Origin: Antedon mediterranea
Lineage: Eukaryota; Animalia; Echinodermata
NCBI RefSeq assembly: GCF_964355755.1
Contig: NC_092676.1
Coordinates: forward strand, 21,780,871-21,844,870
DNA length: 64,000 nucleotides
Direction: 5' to 3'
The notes under the pieces were generated by a model. The model worked only from the letters and a program-made list of their open reading frames with translations, was not told where the DNA came from and did no database searches. The position numbers and the translations under genes were made by a program. Of this stretch, positions 26,101 to 38,328 are shown one piece after another (the stretch's first letter is position 1; each line of letters starts with the position of its first letter).

Positions 26101-29100
26101 TTAAAAAACCGACATTTATTTAAAAAGATATTAAATATTTGCAAAGGATTGATTATAATAACAAATCTAAACACATTTTGTTAATGCAGAAAAGGTTGCT
26201 GGATATTAAGTTGCGTGGTTATCTGTTTCCCATTTGAAATATATACGGTTTTTTAATAGTTAATGTGTTTCTTTTTTGTCATGGGAATTATTAGTGTAGG
26301 ATGAATCTATATATAAATTTACGTAAGGGCAAAATTCGGTAAATCGCGCGTTATTTCTAGAATGTTTACTCGATGGTATATAAAATTGGTTCGTACTTTC
26401 GGTACTGATTTTAACCACCTTATGTAACCCTGTTTACTAATTAAATTGAGTTCGATAGTTAGTTATTGACGATTAAAACGAATTTAGGTTCAACGATTTG
26501 CCCCAAATAGGGGTGTTTTCCGATCGTGGTATACACTGTCTAATGGATGTCAATTTGAAAAATACCCGCACACAATAATACGAGGACACTTCGCATTTTC
26601 CTATCTCCTCCTACGATAATTGTTTTTAATAGCTGAAAATCGGTTGAACAGTTCGAGTACATCATCATAATGTTGAAGACAGGCCGATTTTCTTTAAAAA
26701 AATGCTATTTTGATACATTTAATATACGTTTTTACAAATGTATTGATTTGTGATGAATGGAACATTCCAAATTATGTGGTTTAACCATAGAGGTATAGGC
26801 TTACCTCCATGGTTTAACACAAGTAGGTAGATTTATGGGCCCTTGGGGAACGTAAATGTTTCACTAGACTGTATGTAGTGGTATATTATGTATAGGCCTA
26901 TAAAACATAAAAAAATATATTTCGTTACTGAGTGGATAAGAATATATTTAAAAATGTTTCGTCTTTGTACCTGTCTTCTTCCCCATCCCTCAACTCTTAA
27001 TGTTACATACAAAACACAAATTGGGTTTGTTTAAATGAGTCCAAATAAAAAGAAATGACTCATTTTGTGATTTTGTGACAAGTTTCTCTCTCGGAAGTAA
27101 TTCCCAGGGTGCTAATTTTGGTTGACTACATAAATCATTGTGTATATTTATTCGTTTCTGTAAACGACAATGTATTATAGTCCTGCAGTACGTACATTTG
27201 AAATCTCCAGTTTTTTCTCGCTGGAATTACTGTGTATTCGAGAACCATCTGTGGGCACGACCTAGATGGTACGCGAGCGAAACGAGCGTACCATCTAGTA
27301 AATATAATTATTATTAATTATAATAACTTTATATATTAAAATCCAGTTAACATATCATCGCTTGGCTATTAGTAACGGTACGAATATTATTCATATGTTA
27401 ATAATTTATCACAGGAATTGTTTCAAGATGCTCGTTACAATTATTCATACAAATTAAATACATTCGAGTTGGGCTGATTGAATTTCGATGAATTAAATTC
27501 ACAGTTCATGCAATCCTAAATGTTAAATGTTTCTAATCAGCAAACTACAATTGCTACTATTGTTATTTTAAATATGGCTATTAATATTTATTATAACATA
27601 CCTGAATAGATTATTGTCATTTGATTGGAGGATTGTAAGTCACGTGATATTCAATAGACATACTATAGAATCTCGAAGTGCAATATTCTTGTCCTCAATT
27701 ATGGACAAAATGTTATACTAGGCGATTTGCGGTAAATATATAGCTCCTCCTATTAGTTTTGATATTTTTCAAAATAATACATTTTAACTAAATCACTAAA
27801 TACATATTTTCAAAACAAAAACCTTCAACAACAAAAATGCTTACAAGTAGTGAAATCGTTTCTCTCGCGATTTTTCGTATCACTATCATATCTTGCCTAG
27901 CTAGGCACAGCCCCACGTTATTATTATGATATGTGTTGTGTTATGTGTCGTTCGGTCGGTTGGTCGATAAATGCAGTCATGTATAATTATGGCCTAGTTA
28001 GTAGATAGCTTATAGGATATAAATTAATAGGCATTTTATCTATATTTACGATAGTGATAATACAATAATGACATTAAAAATGATGAAAATAATAAAATAA
28101 CCGTACTGTAGGTCAGTGCAGTAATTACCATATTTCAATCACTACTGCAGAAGAGTATTACTATTACACTTTCCATGTTAGTAAAATATTTATGTCGTCA
28201 TTAAAACTTTAATGCTTAAAAAATACGTCTATCTTGATTGCTTCAAAATTATTAAATGTAACACACGAGGAAAATAATTATAACTTAGCGAAATTACCGT
28301 TAGTTAATGACAGCATTATTAGACTGTAATTAGACAAAAAGGAAATTTGAAATCATCTTGGCCTAGTTCTGAATTTACGATCGAGAGTAATGGAATGGAA
28401 AATTAAATGCATTTTGTTAGTAGAAGATAAAATTGCAGCTTTTTGGATTAAGCATGGGATTATTTTCGAATTAGATATGCCAATTTTCATTTGTTTTAAT
28501 TGCAAAATTGTAGTCATTCATTATCATTGCGTCAGTTCCAACTCCACGTACAGAGCCTGCTTGCTTCTATCAGAAAGGCAAAGCAAGTATAGAGCGTCAA
28601 TTTGCAGTGACAAAATGACAGTTTAATTATCCGTTTAAATCCAAAGAATCCCAATCCAAAGAATCCCAATCCAATTATATTAGCCTAGTAGTATAAGATG
28701 AATAGCAAAGATGAATAGCAAAGTTGAATTTAAGATTATTTAAAATAAGTTTCTATGTTAAGTGTATTAATATGTAAAATTCAAATTTAATCATCTTCAA
28801 GCTAAAGTGGATCTGAGGCAATTCGAATCAGGCCATTTGTCGCTCAATGGAAGGCTTGGAAGCTATCGGTGCAAAGCCTACCAAGATCAGAACGTTGGGG
28901 ACATTATTTTTCCATATCCAGTTAAAGCAGATAGATACTACTTTTTATAATACCAAGTTATCTAACGTTAGTACAGTATACTGAATGTACACAACTTTGA
29001 GTCCTATCTGAATCAATTGGAAATGTAACCGTTTATTGGAGATTAATATAATATTTAAAATATAAATTAGCTTCTTTAAGCCTGTTTTCCTGAACCTAAT

Positions 29101-32100
29101 GTTTTCGTAAGGACAAATTCACGCTTCATGCTTTTTGCAAAATGTAGAAACTACATACCTCTGCATACACTGACGTCTGCGATTTTCGCGAATATATTCG
29201 CCTAGCGGAGAACATACTGTCAATGAAGATCCAACAATGTCAAAATATAATCCATGTTTAACGTTTAACTGGGAATTACTTAAATTATTCCAGTACGGTA
29301 AGTTAGGGTTTACTCCTATGATTGTATATAATTATGTATTGCATTATCGAACGATTGAATGATTGATTGATTGATTATAAATTGTATAATTTATATTTTA
29401 GAGCCGTTGATTACTTGACAGTTCGTGCGTATGATTTGAACAACCCGGATGAGCCGTACACCCAACATCATTCACCGCTTTACCCACCTCCTGGTGGTAG
29501 CAGTGAACAAGAATCAACGGTATGGACCGTTTGTATTTACATTCATTGTATCATAACACTTTAAGTAATACATAACATGTCCTTTATTTAAAATAATTGA
29601 TAGTAAAATTTGTTCTTGGTTCTTCTTTTAAAGAAGTCACCTATCGTTATCGTATATATTACAGTATAACCATATCTCTATACATTATCACTAATAATGA
29701 ATGTAATTAGTTATATTATTAGTATATTATACTTAAAATATCGACATTCATTTATTTTCAAAATAATTCGCTTTAATTTAATATTTTCAGGAGTCTGTTA
29801 TAGGATTTTGGATTAATGGAGGTGCTCTTTACTCCAAAGTCGTACTTGGTATTACTAGTTTTGCTCGAACATTCACGTTATCCGCCTATAATGAGTCATA
29901 TGTTGGTGCGCCAATAATTGGCAAGGGCACCGCAGGACCGATTGTAAATGAGCCGGGATTATTGTCGTACTATGAAGTAAGTATATTTCAAAAAAACTTT
30001 CTCTCATACTTGCTTTGCAATTTATTAGCCGGTAGGGGGCGGTCTATATCCGGTTGTGTTGCAGTACCCAAATAGAGAGAGAGTAGCTGCAAAACCCTCT
30101 CTTCTGCACAAGGTGTGCATCGTCTTGTGGCTATGTCATGCAGGAATGTGTTACGATTACATGTAAACACATTATGAAAATCATTACTTTATAACTAATT
30201 GTCAGTTAATTTTATGTTGTTTAAAATAAAATATCGGTAAATTTGTACTACCCTTTTCAGTCGAAATAGGAATATTGACTTTTAAAAGACTTTTAAAAGA
30301 CTTTTTCGACCAGCGTATTAGTCCAGACTACGGAAGTATAACATTAGATACTTCTATGTCCTGACGGTAGCTACTGAAAATCATCATTTAAAATCGTGGT
30401 TCAGCTAATGAAGGCATTCTATTATTAATTTATTATTCTATTATACACTATTTTAGATATGTCTGCTTAACGATAGTAACATATATTTTGATGACGAGCA
30501 GGAAGCTACTTATGCAGTTTCAGAAGATCAGTGGATGTCGTTTGATGACCCCAAGAGTATTCGAAATAAGGTATACTAAGACTTTACTTACTTGGTACAA
30601 TTTTAGAATCTGTAATCTGTACATCCTACATTATACTGACACTAAAGATACTGTATTATCAATGAAAACTAGGTCGAATGGGTAAAGAAGAACGGATTTG
30701 CTGGAATTGCTATTTGGTCCATGGCCTTGGATGATTTTAGTGGCAGTTCTTGCCAAGAGGGTAAATCACCTCTAATACGCACAGCAGTGGACACACTTTT
30801 AACAGGTATGGACTAGAGGCCTGGATGATATTTTGTTTTCTTGATAATATATTCATTAATTTAATCTATTTGTTTATTGGTATAAATCCAGTGTTTGATC
30901 GAGATACTCAACTTCACAATCCCAGATTGATTAAAGAATATTAAATTATATTCTGTTTGCATATTTCCAAAAGACTGCTTGTCTCATGATTTTATAAACA
31001 TTTCGATTTTGTATCAATCGTGAGCATATTGTGTATCAGTCTATTACTTTATTATTTTATTTTTGTAAATTATATATGTAATTTACAGGTTCCTTGATTC
31101 TCCGAGATGGCTATTCGAAACGTGAAGGAAATATTTTAATTCGGCAAAACAGAACAAAAGGTTACATTTGCGACAAAGAATGGACACAAAAAGATGCAGA
31201 TGTGGCCTGTCGACAGCTTGGTTATACAGGGTCCATGGCTGTGGAAAGCATTCCAAGTTTCAGTATGCCATTGGAATTTCGTCATCCAGTTCTTATGCAA
31301 GATATTGAATGTGACGGTACAGAAAAACGACTTGATGAATGCACATGGTCGCAACCAACAAATGACAGCTGTCAGCCTGTATCTGTTCACTGCAATGGTA
31401 AGGAGAAAACCTTTGATAACTAAACAAGTTACTAATAACTATCCTCTTATCCCAATAATCTCTCGCAACTGTTAAAAAAGACACCCAATAAGGTAGATGG
31501 GTTCAATCAGTTCTTCAAGCTGAAATTCATACAATTCAGCTACAGAATTGACTTGCAGATAACCTATTTGATCTATGGGATTGTTAGAGAAGATCTTGGA
31601 AAACAAATTGTCAAAACTGATTGCTAGTCCAATAGCAACGTCCCACTAATAGGTCATCATTATTTGACATTATTAAATGCATAAGACTATTTCCTACGGT
31701 TTTGTGAATTTATTTTTTGTTGGTGATATGCATCTCATCTGAGACAGGAATGATTATGCTGTATGTAAAAATAGGTAGTTCTGATTTATATAAAGCAGTT
31801 GCTATGTATTGTATTTAAGAATTTTGTTTTCTCTTTATTGTGCCTTTTTGTTTAATTTTATTTGTCAATTAGACGAAAGAAATAATTTTTTTCTCTCACT
31901 TTATCTGCGTCCTCCTCACACAATTATATTTATTGATTTATGTTCTGTATTATATTGTATTGTGTGAAACAATAAACTTGAAACTTTGAAACTTGAAACT
32001 ATTATTGTAGGAGATGTTAGACTCCAAGAAGAAGATAGCGATTATCCAAGTTTAGAAATATACTTGAATAATGATTGGCTGACCGTCTGCTCATCTCAAT

Positions 32101-35100
32101 GGACTAGTGTTAACGCAGACGTTGTTTGCAAGATGCTTGGATACTTAGGCTCTGTTCCAGACGACTGCTGCTCGTCGAAACCGGCAACTGACAATACACA
32201 CTATGTGACTGATGTTATATGTGATGGCAGTGAGGACCATATAAAGAGATGTTCATACTTCATATCTGACTCTTGTGTTAGCAATGAGGTGGTCGGACTT
32301 AATTGTATCAAAAGTAGGCGATATTATACTTAAACAAAAGCATAGGAATAGTTTGTTATATTATATAAATGAAAAAGTATTAACTGTGATTATTTCGCAT
32401 ATTTTATAATGTGGAAATATAACTAGCGACTGGCTTAGTAGTTAATCTAGTGATTAATAGCCATATTATTGGCAAAACAAGTTTACTCTGATAAGGACTA
32501 CAAACCGTAGGTCCAGTGTACACAAAATGGTCTCACTTTTAAGAACCTAGTAAACTGAGTAGGGTTTTGCTGCCTGGTGTTCCAGTAAACACACTGTCTT
32601 AAGTAGGCATATTATTCCGTGATTATCAGTATGTTGATCGTGGAACTATATAATTTCTCTTACATATGCAGATAGATGTGGTGATCGATGGATATATATC
32701 GGAGGAAGGTGTGTTTTTATTTCGTCCCGCTTAGATGGCCTAATTCCATTAAACTGGACACAATCTAGAGATTATTGTAATGGCATTGATGCCGAATTGA
32801 TAACGATAAAAGATGATTCTGAGTTGGAGGAACTTAACAATCAATTTGTTTACGTTTGGATTGGACTTAATGATGACGTAAGTTTATCTTTACCCATGAT
32901 GCAAGTTCATCAAATGTTTTAGCTCATTTCTAGGTTGTCTGTAACTGTACCTTATATAAATTTTCAAGTTTATATTAAATGTATGTTTCTGAAATGAAGG
33001 ACTTCTGCCGTTTAGCCTAAATTAGGTATATATGTGTAGTATCGTTGTGCTATGATTCAGATGTAGGTATACTTACCCATGCGATTTCATCAAAGAATGG
33101 TCGGATTGGATTCAGGTGTTTTCAAACGTTTGAATTGCGCATGTGTTGGCTTTTAAGTAAGGTTTATAACCAGCAATCGGTAATGAAAAAAAGTTTCAAC
33201 TCATGACTTGTCTGCTCAATCGACTAAAACATGCATATAATATGTTTAAGGTTGAAGAAGGTGTTTATAAATGGGAAGATGGAAGTTCCAAATCTTACAG
33301 TAACTGGCTTCAAGGAGAACCAAACAATTTAGGTATGTTTTCTGTTATTGATTGATCAAGTGGCCGAGCGGTTAAGTAAGGTTTTGTATGATGTGTCATT
33401 CATACGTGTACACAATCAGCCCAGTCTTAGGAAATATTGATAAGATTGTATCTGTAAACTTTTTTCCTAAAAGTTAAGTTATTGTTATATTTGGCTTAAG
33501 AATTTTATTGTTTAAACAGGATGTAACCGAAATTGTTTGGACGCAAATTGCGTTGTCGTGGAAAGAACTAAAGGATACTGGGTAGATGAAAAATGTTCAA
33601 GAAAGCATCTTTTTCTATGTGAACGTATGGGTGAGTTTTATAACGTATAGAAATGTTATTTGCAGGCCGATCTTGCGCTTTGGAACGAAATGTAGATGAA
33701 GCAGACGGAGATTGTATGCGAAATATTTATCGGCGCATGCGTACACTACAAGTTCATTATACACCGTTTTTGTTTTATTATCGGAACGGTATTTGGTCGA
33801 GATTTTGTTATATTTACACTACATTAAGTAGTAATTAGACGAATTTCTGCACTGCCAAATAGGTACTTTTTAGTCCACAATGATTTATATTTATAATGCT
33901 CTATCCAAACTTTATAGAGAATGTTGAGTCAAGATTATATTAAGTATAAACAAACGTTTTGTGTTAATTTTACCAGGGTAAGAAACCTTTAGTCTGAATT
34001 AATTTTAAAGTATGCCTTTATTGGTATTATGCTAATGAACCACATATATTATGCACATGCTGAAATTGCAACTGACTATGATACATAACATAGGCATCAT
34101 GGATAGAATACAAATTTGCATTTCATAGATATTATTTTTATTTATTATTGTGATAGAGTTACAAATCAACAAATCTAAAAATGTTCCTCCTGCTCCTCCG
34201 TGTCCACCTATGTGGAGAAAATACAACGGTTCCTGCTTTTTGCTGTCAAGAACACAATTATCATGGCAAGGGGCAAGACAGTATTGCAACAAGCGAAATG
34301 CATCTTTAGCCACTATCGGTAATTCTGATGAACAAGATTGGCTGGCAGAAATATTGAAGTTAAAGGAAAATGACAACTACTGGACAGCAATTAATGATAT
34401 TGTAAGTATGTATTTTTTGAATTAGTTTCCTCTCCTTTGAACCACTAAATGAAATATAAATATTACAACCAACTGGACATCCAGTTCAGACGTAAGTTTT
34501 GACTTTCGGATAATTTTATTTATTGCATTATTTAGTTACGTATTTACGTTACATTTTAAAGGAAGAAGAAGGGGTATATAGAGGGACAGATGGTATTTCT
34601 GCTGAATACCTAAAGTGGGACATTGATCAACCGAATAATAAGGGTAAATACAATATCGTAATTCGTACCATAGATCAGTGAAAGCAATTGATGGTGCTTT
34701 TTTCAGAATTGTTTATGTACAGTGTTCTGCATTCTAAAAAATGATTATTATTTTGTGCGTAGTGATTTCAAAATCTCTAATTATTCTGAATAGTTCAACA
34801 CAAACTATATTTATGATTTTAGGAGATTGTATAACATTTACACCCATGGTAGGAGGAGTAATGCACGACAGAGATTGTGCTAAAATTCAACCATGGCTCT
34901 GTGAACAGTCAGGTATAATATTTATTATATTATGTTGCTATATAAGCGTGTATATAGAATAGATATAGCTTTTTTTCATTATTATGTTAAGAAGGGAAGA
35001 GTTAAGAACAACTTCATTCCCAGGAAGATGATGTTATTTTTGTGCTTGTGTTTCGGTGAAAACATTTGAAATGTGTCTTTAGACCAATATTGACAATCAA

Positions 35101-38100
35101 TAAGTATATAAATTAATTACATTTCAGTGTTGTATACGCGTATAAACGATGATGCAACATATATATCAACATCGAAGAACACTGCTGTGATAGTTGCTTC
35201 TACTTGTTCTGCTGTACTAGTATTAGTAGTGATTTTCGCTGTCTTAATTGTCCTGCGACGACGACGCAGGCGATCAGTGTTAAAGTCACTACCTTACAAA
35301 AGTAATGTTCGTCCAGCGTCACGTAAGTTTTTTTTTTTGCAAATCACATGAGAAAAAATGATGTGATGACATCAAAGACGACAGTGATATAAATAAAGAT
35401 AAGGACAGTGATGACATGACGAGAAGACAATAGACGGCTGTCAGTGATAACAACAAAATGTACAGTGATGCTAACAAGGACAACAATTGTGACAATAAAG
35501 ATGACGATAAAGAAAAAAATGATAACAGAGCCAAAAATGATAAAATTAAGTGACGACCGTGATGACACAAAGAAGATAGTGTTTTCAAAGACGTGAACGA
35601 GGCAACAAACGACTGACAGTTATGAAAACAAAGACATCCAAGAAAATATGTTGATGTTTTATATAATGCTGATGGTAACTGAATACATTTTTTTGTTAAA
35701 TACAGACGACTATTTACCTCAACCAATTGTGGAACCAGCTGAAGAATTTAAGAATATGGAAATTCCACGAAATAGAATTACAACAAAGGACAGAATCGGA
35801 GGTGGTCAATTTGGCAAAGTTTTGCTGGGACATGTTGCTGGTATAGACGGCAGTGGCGAGACTATTAAAGTAGCAATTAAATGTTTACGAGGTAACTATG
35901 TCATATTGTCATTAAGTCATTTTATTTAAATACTATTAACGCGTACGCTAATTTTTTTGTAAACATGGCAAGAAGAGTGTCTAGAGCGAAATGCCACAAT
36001 GGTAAAAATGTTTTTTTATTGTTCACACAAAATAAAAATGCATACCAATCCATTGAAAAGTTTACAAAAGTATAATGTGAGAAAATAGAAGCAGAATCTT
36101 ATGCACTGTTGCACCATTGACATTTAAAAAAGTCGAAGACTTGTAGGCTATTAAGTAATAATACTTTTAGTGCTATTAGTGATATTCCACGAAACATTTT
36201 TTTGGAAATTTCTGAAATTCTTCATTCCAGTTTTTTCCAGTAATCTAACGTCTATACCGTCCCCGTCACCAGTATAAGACCGTACTTTCAGTGTTTAATA
36301 ATATGTATTACTAATAATACCATTTGTGTTGTAGATCACACATCGAATAAAGAGGACTTTTTGGACGAAATTAGGTTGTTAATCGAACTAGGAAAGCATA
36401 AAAACATCATATCTTTGGTGGGATGTGTTACAATAAGTCAGCCAAACATGGCACTGTTTGAGTTCATGCAGTATGGAGACCTACTACAATTTCTGCGCAA
36501 AGCTCGTCAGGTTAGAAAGCACGAAGTGTTCGATGTAGGCATATGGTCAAGGATTAACGATATTAAATCAACTACTGTCCTATCAGTTAGATGGTAATTC
36601 CTCTTACACAAGAGCTATTTTGTGAACCAGTAACACCAGTTAGTTTAGTTGTTACCGGTAGGTTTTAAAATGTATATTGAGTAAAACGGCTATTATTGTT
36701 CTACAGGTCAAAGAGGGCGGTGAAGCCGATGACCCCATATATGCTGTTTCACTTCTCGACCAATTGAACATTGCAAGACAGATAGCAAATGGAATGGTAA
36801 GTTAATTTGACGAAAAATGATATTTTCTCTAGCTAGCACTCTATTTTCTCTATCGAAATTGTCTGCTAACATACAAGCTTTCTTCATTTATTACTCCTGC
36901 AGGATTTTGTATCTTCCCTGAAATATTACCATGGTGATTTGGCAGCGAGGAATGTTCTCGTTGGTGAAAACTTGAACGTAAAGATTTGTGATTTTGGCTT
37001 AGCCGCTGATATATACCAAAAAGGATACGATCGTATGGCACCAGAGCAAAAACGACCGTTCAAGTGGTCTAGCCTAGAGACTTTGATAGAGGGTATATGC
37101 ACCATTAAAAGTGACGTGTAAGGATGTATTCTTTTTTGTTTGGTAATACTTTAGTTGGATAATGATTTGATAGAACTATCAACTTGGTTCTGTTTTTCTA
37201 ATAGATGTATCATTTATAACTACAATAATTTGGCTATCATTTTGTTCTATATCAGGTGGTCATATGGGGTTGTTCTTTACGAAGTGTTTACACTTGGAGC
37301 TGTTCCTTACCCTCACATTAATGCGAATACACTTCTTGAGCAATTAAAGGCGGGAACTCGACTCGCACAACCTAAGGATTGTCCGGATGATGTGTAAGTT
37401 AATCTTTCATTTTGTTAAATTAAAGACGATTAGGAAGTGAACTAAATGGCATTCTTTGCTGTATACTTTTACGAAAGCCGTTTAAGATTGTGCAAATATT
37501 TATATTATATGTTCTTTCCCAGGTTGAACCATTATTATATATAAATATTATTATTATAAAATAAGGTATAAACGGAAGAATTTTACCCCCTAAAGAAAAA
37601 CGATAAGAAATGCATTTTGAACGTTGGCCTGTTGCGTTAGAGCTGCTTAACATCCCATTAAACTTTTATCGTAGTTAATTGTTTATAAATGAAATATTAG
37701 TACAGTATCTTATTTCTGTAGTATTACTTTTAATATGTGTGAAATATTTTTTCAAGTCAACTACTTTCTAAGTTGAAATTAAATTTAACTTGAAACAATT
37801 GTCTCAATAAAGTTTTTTTTTTCAATAATGTTCCTCGTTAACAATAAGTAGCCAATTATTTGAATACAAACAATATAGAAATAAAAAATTACATATATCA
37901 GCATACAGTATTACAATGGAAATCATGTGGTAATTTAAATAATGGTGTACAAACATGAGTTTAATTAAAAGTTAAGATATACAGCCACTTTTTTGCCTAT
38001 CCCCTTTTGTACAGCTCAGACATTGATTATCAAATATATAGGCCTATGTGTTACATTTTCTTAAATTCAATTCAGATACTCATTGATGTCGCTATGCTGG

Positions 38101-38328
38101 CTGGAGAATTCCACTAAACGACCATACTTTGATGAAATTTCAAACAATTTAAGCCATCTACTAGAAACACATCATCAACCTGAAGGATATTTAGACTTCA
38201 ATGCAACTGAATGTGAACTAAACAATGAACATAATTCAAGCATATCGATGACGTCATTTTCAGACAAGACGAACACATCTATACGTTATGTTAATGATAA
38301 AATTAAAGCAAAATTTGTAAAGAATTAA
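23138..38328 (+). CDS. Gene A: receptor tyrosine kinase with ectodomain GH18 chitinase-like (inactive)-SRCR-SRCR-CTLD-CTLD, a TM helix and a non-RD Tyr kinase (~1291 aa)
   Basis: 22 exons: 23138-23210, 23645-24093, 25498-25619, 29402-29519, 29791-29976, 30457-30570, 30673-30805, 31089-31397, 32011-32313, 32672-32877, 33251-33332, 33520-33630, 34157-34401, 34562-34643, 34823-34912, 35128-35322, 35706-35891, 36335-36510, 36707-36796, 36903-37117, 37256-37393, 38076-38328. All are GT-AG and the phases chain without a stop (3876 nt). Signal peptide MHLKILIIFTALMFSNVSM. Confidence 0.9.
23645..30805 (+). CDS. Gene A GH18 chitinase-like domain exons (6 exons)
   Basis: CYVTSWAQYR, DPELCTHVIYAFA, EWND, LSVGGY, FDGLQVDWTYP, VDYLTVRAYD, PGLLSYYEIC, DQWMSFDD, GFAGIAIWSMALDDFSG: the complete set of animal chitinase motifs. 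Confidence 0.95.
25896..26072. mobile_element. ~180-bp Harbinger-like MITE in a gene A intron
   Basis: TAA|AGCTTGGTTCCCACTAG ... CTAGTGGGAACCAA..|TAA; a same-family copy lies at 46605-46783 and a decayed one near 52130-52280. Confidence 0.75.
26306..27298 (+). mobile_element. Non-autonomous Helitron-like element, family 1 copy 2, in a gene A intron
   Basis: A|TCTATATATAAATTTACGTAAGGGC ... CTAGATGGTACGCGAGCGAAACGAGCGTACCATCTAG|T; inserted in an AT dinucleotide with no TSD. Confidence 0.82.
31089..32313 (+). CDS. Gene A two SRCR domains (one exon each)
   Basis: 31089-31397: GYICDKEWTQKDADVACRQLGY..IECDGTEKRLDEC..VHC (6 Cys, group A pattern). 32011-32313: WLTVCSSQWTSVNADVVCKMLGY..VICDGSEDHIKRC..GLNC. 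Confidence 0.92.
32672..34912 (+). CDS. Gene A two C-type lectin domains (3 exons each)
   Basis: CTLD1: CGDRW..GRCVF..WTQSRDYC..WIGLNDD..YKWEDG..NWLQGEPNN..NCVV..WVDEKC..FLCE. CTLD2: CPPMW..GSCF..WQGARQYC..YWTAINDI..WDIDQPNN..DC..MHDRDC..WLCE. Confidence 0.92.
35128..38328 (+). CDS. Gene A transmembrane exon and tyrosine kinase domain exons
   Basis: TM AVIVASTCSAVLVLVVIFAVLIVL followed by RRRRRR; kinase motifs IGGGQFGKV, VAIK, DEIRLL, HKNIISLVG, YGDLLQFLR, HGDLAARNVL, KICDFGLA, KSDVWSYGVVLYEVFTLG, CW..RP.F. Confidence 0.95.

Noticed and set aside
23645-30805. A stand-alone secreted chitinase gene separate from a downstream RTK
   Set aside because: There is no stop after the GH18 domain; a phase-1 donor joins the SRCR exon in both paralogues, and I see no separate signal-peptide exon before the SRCR.
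35345-35645. Asp/Lys-rich low-complexity stretch between the TM and kinase exons as an extra exon, and its minus-strand Ser/Leu ORFs
   Set aside because: The + strand frames contain stops, there is no good acceptor/donor pair, and the flanking exons already join in phase.
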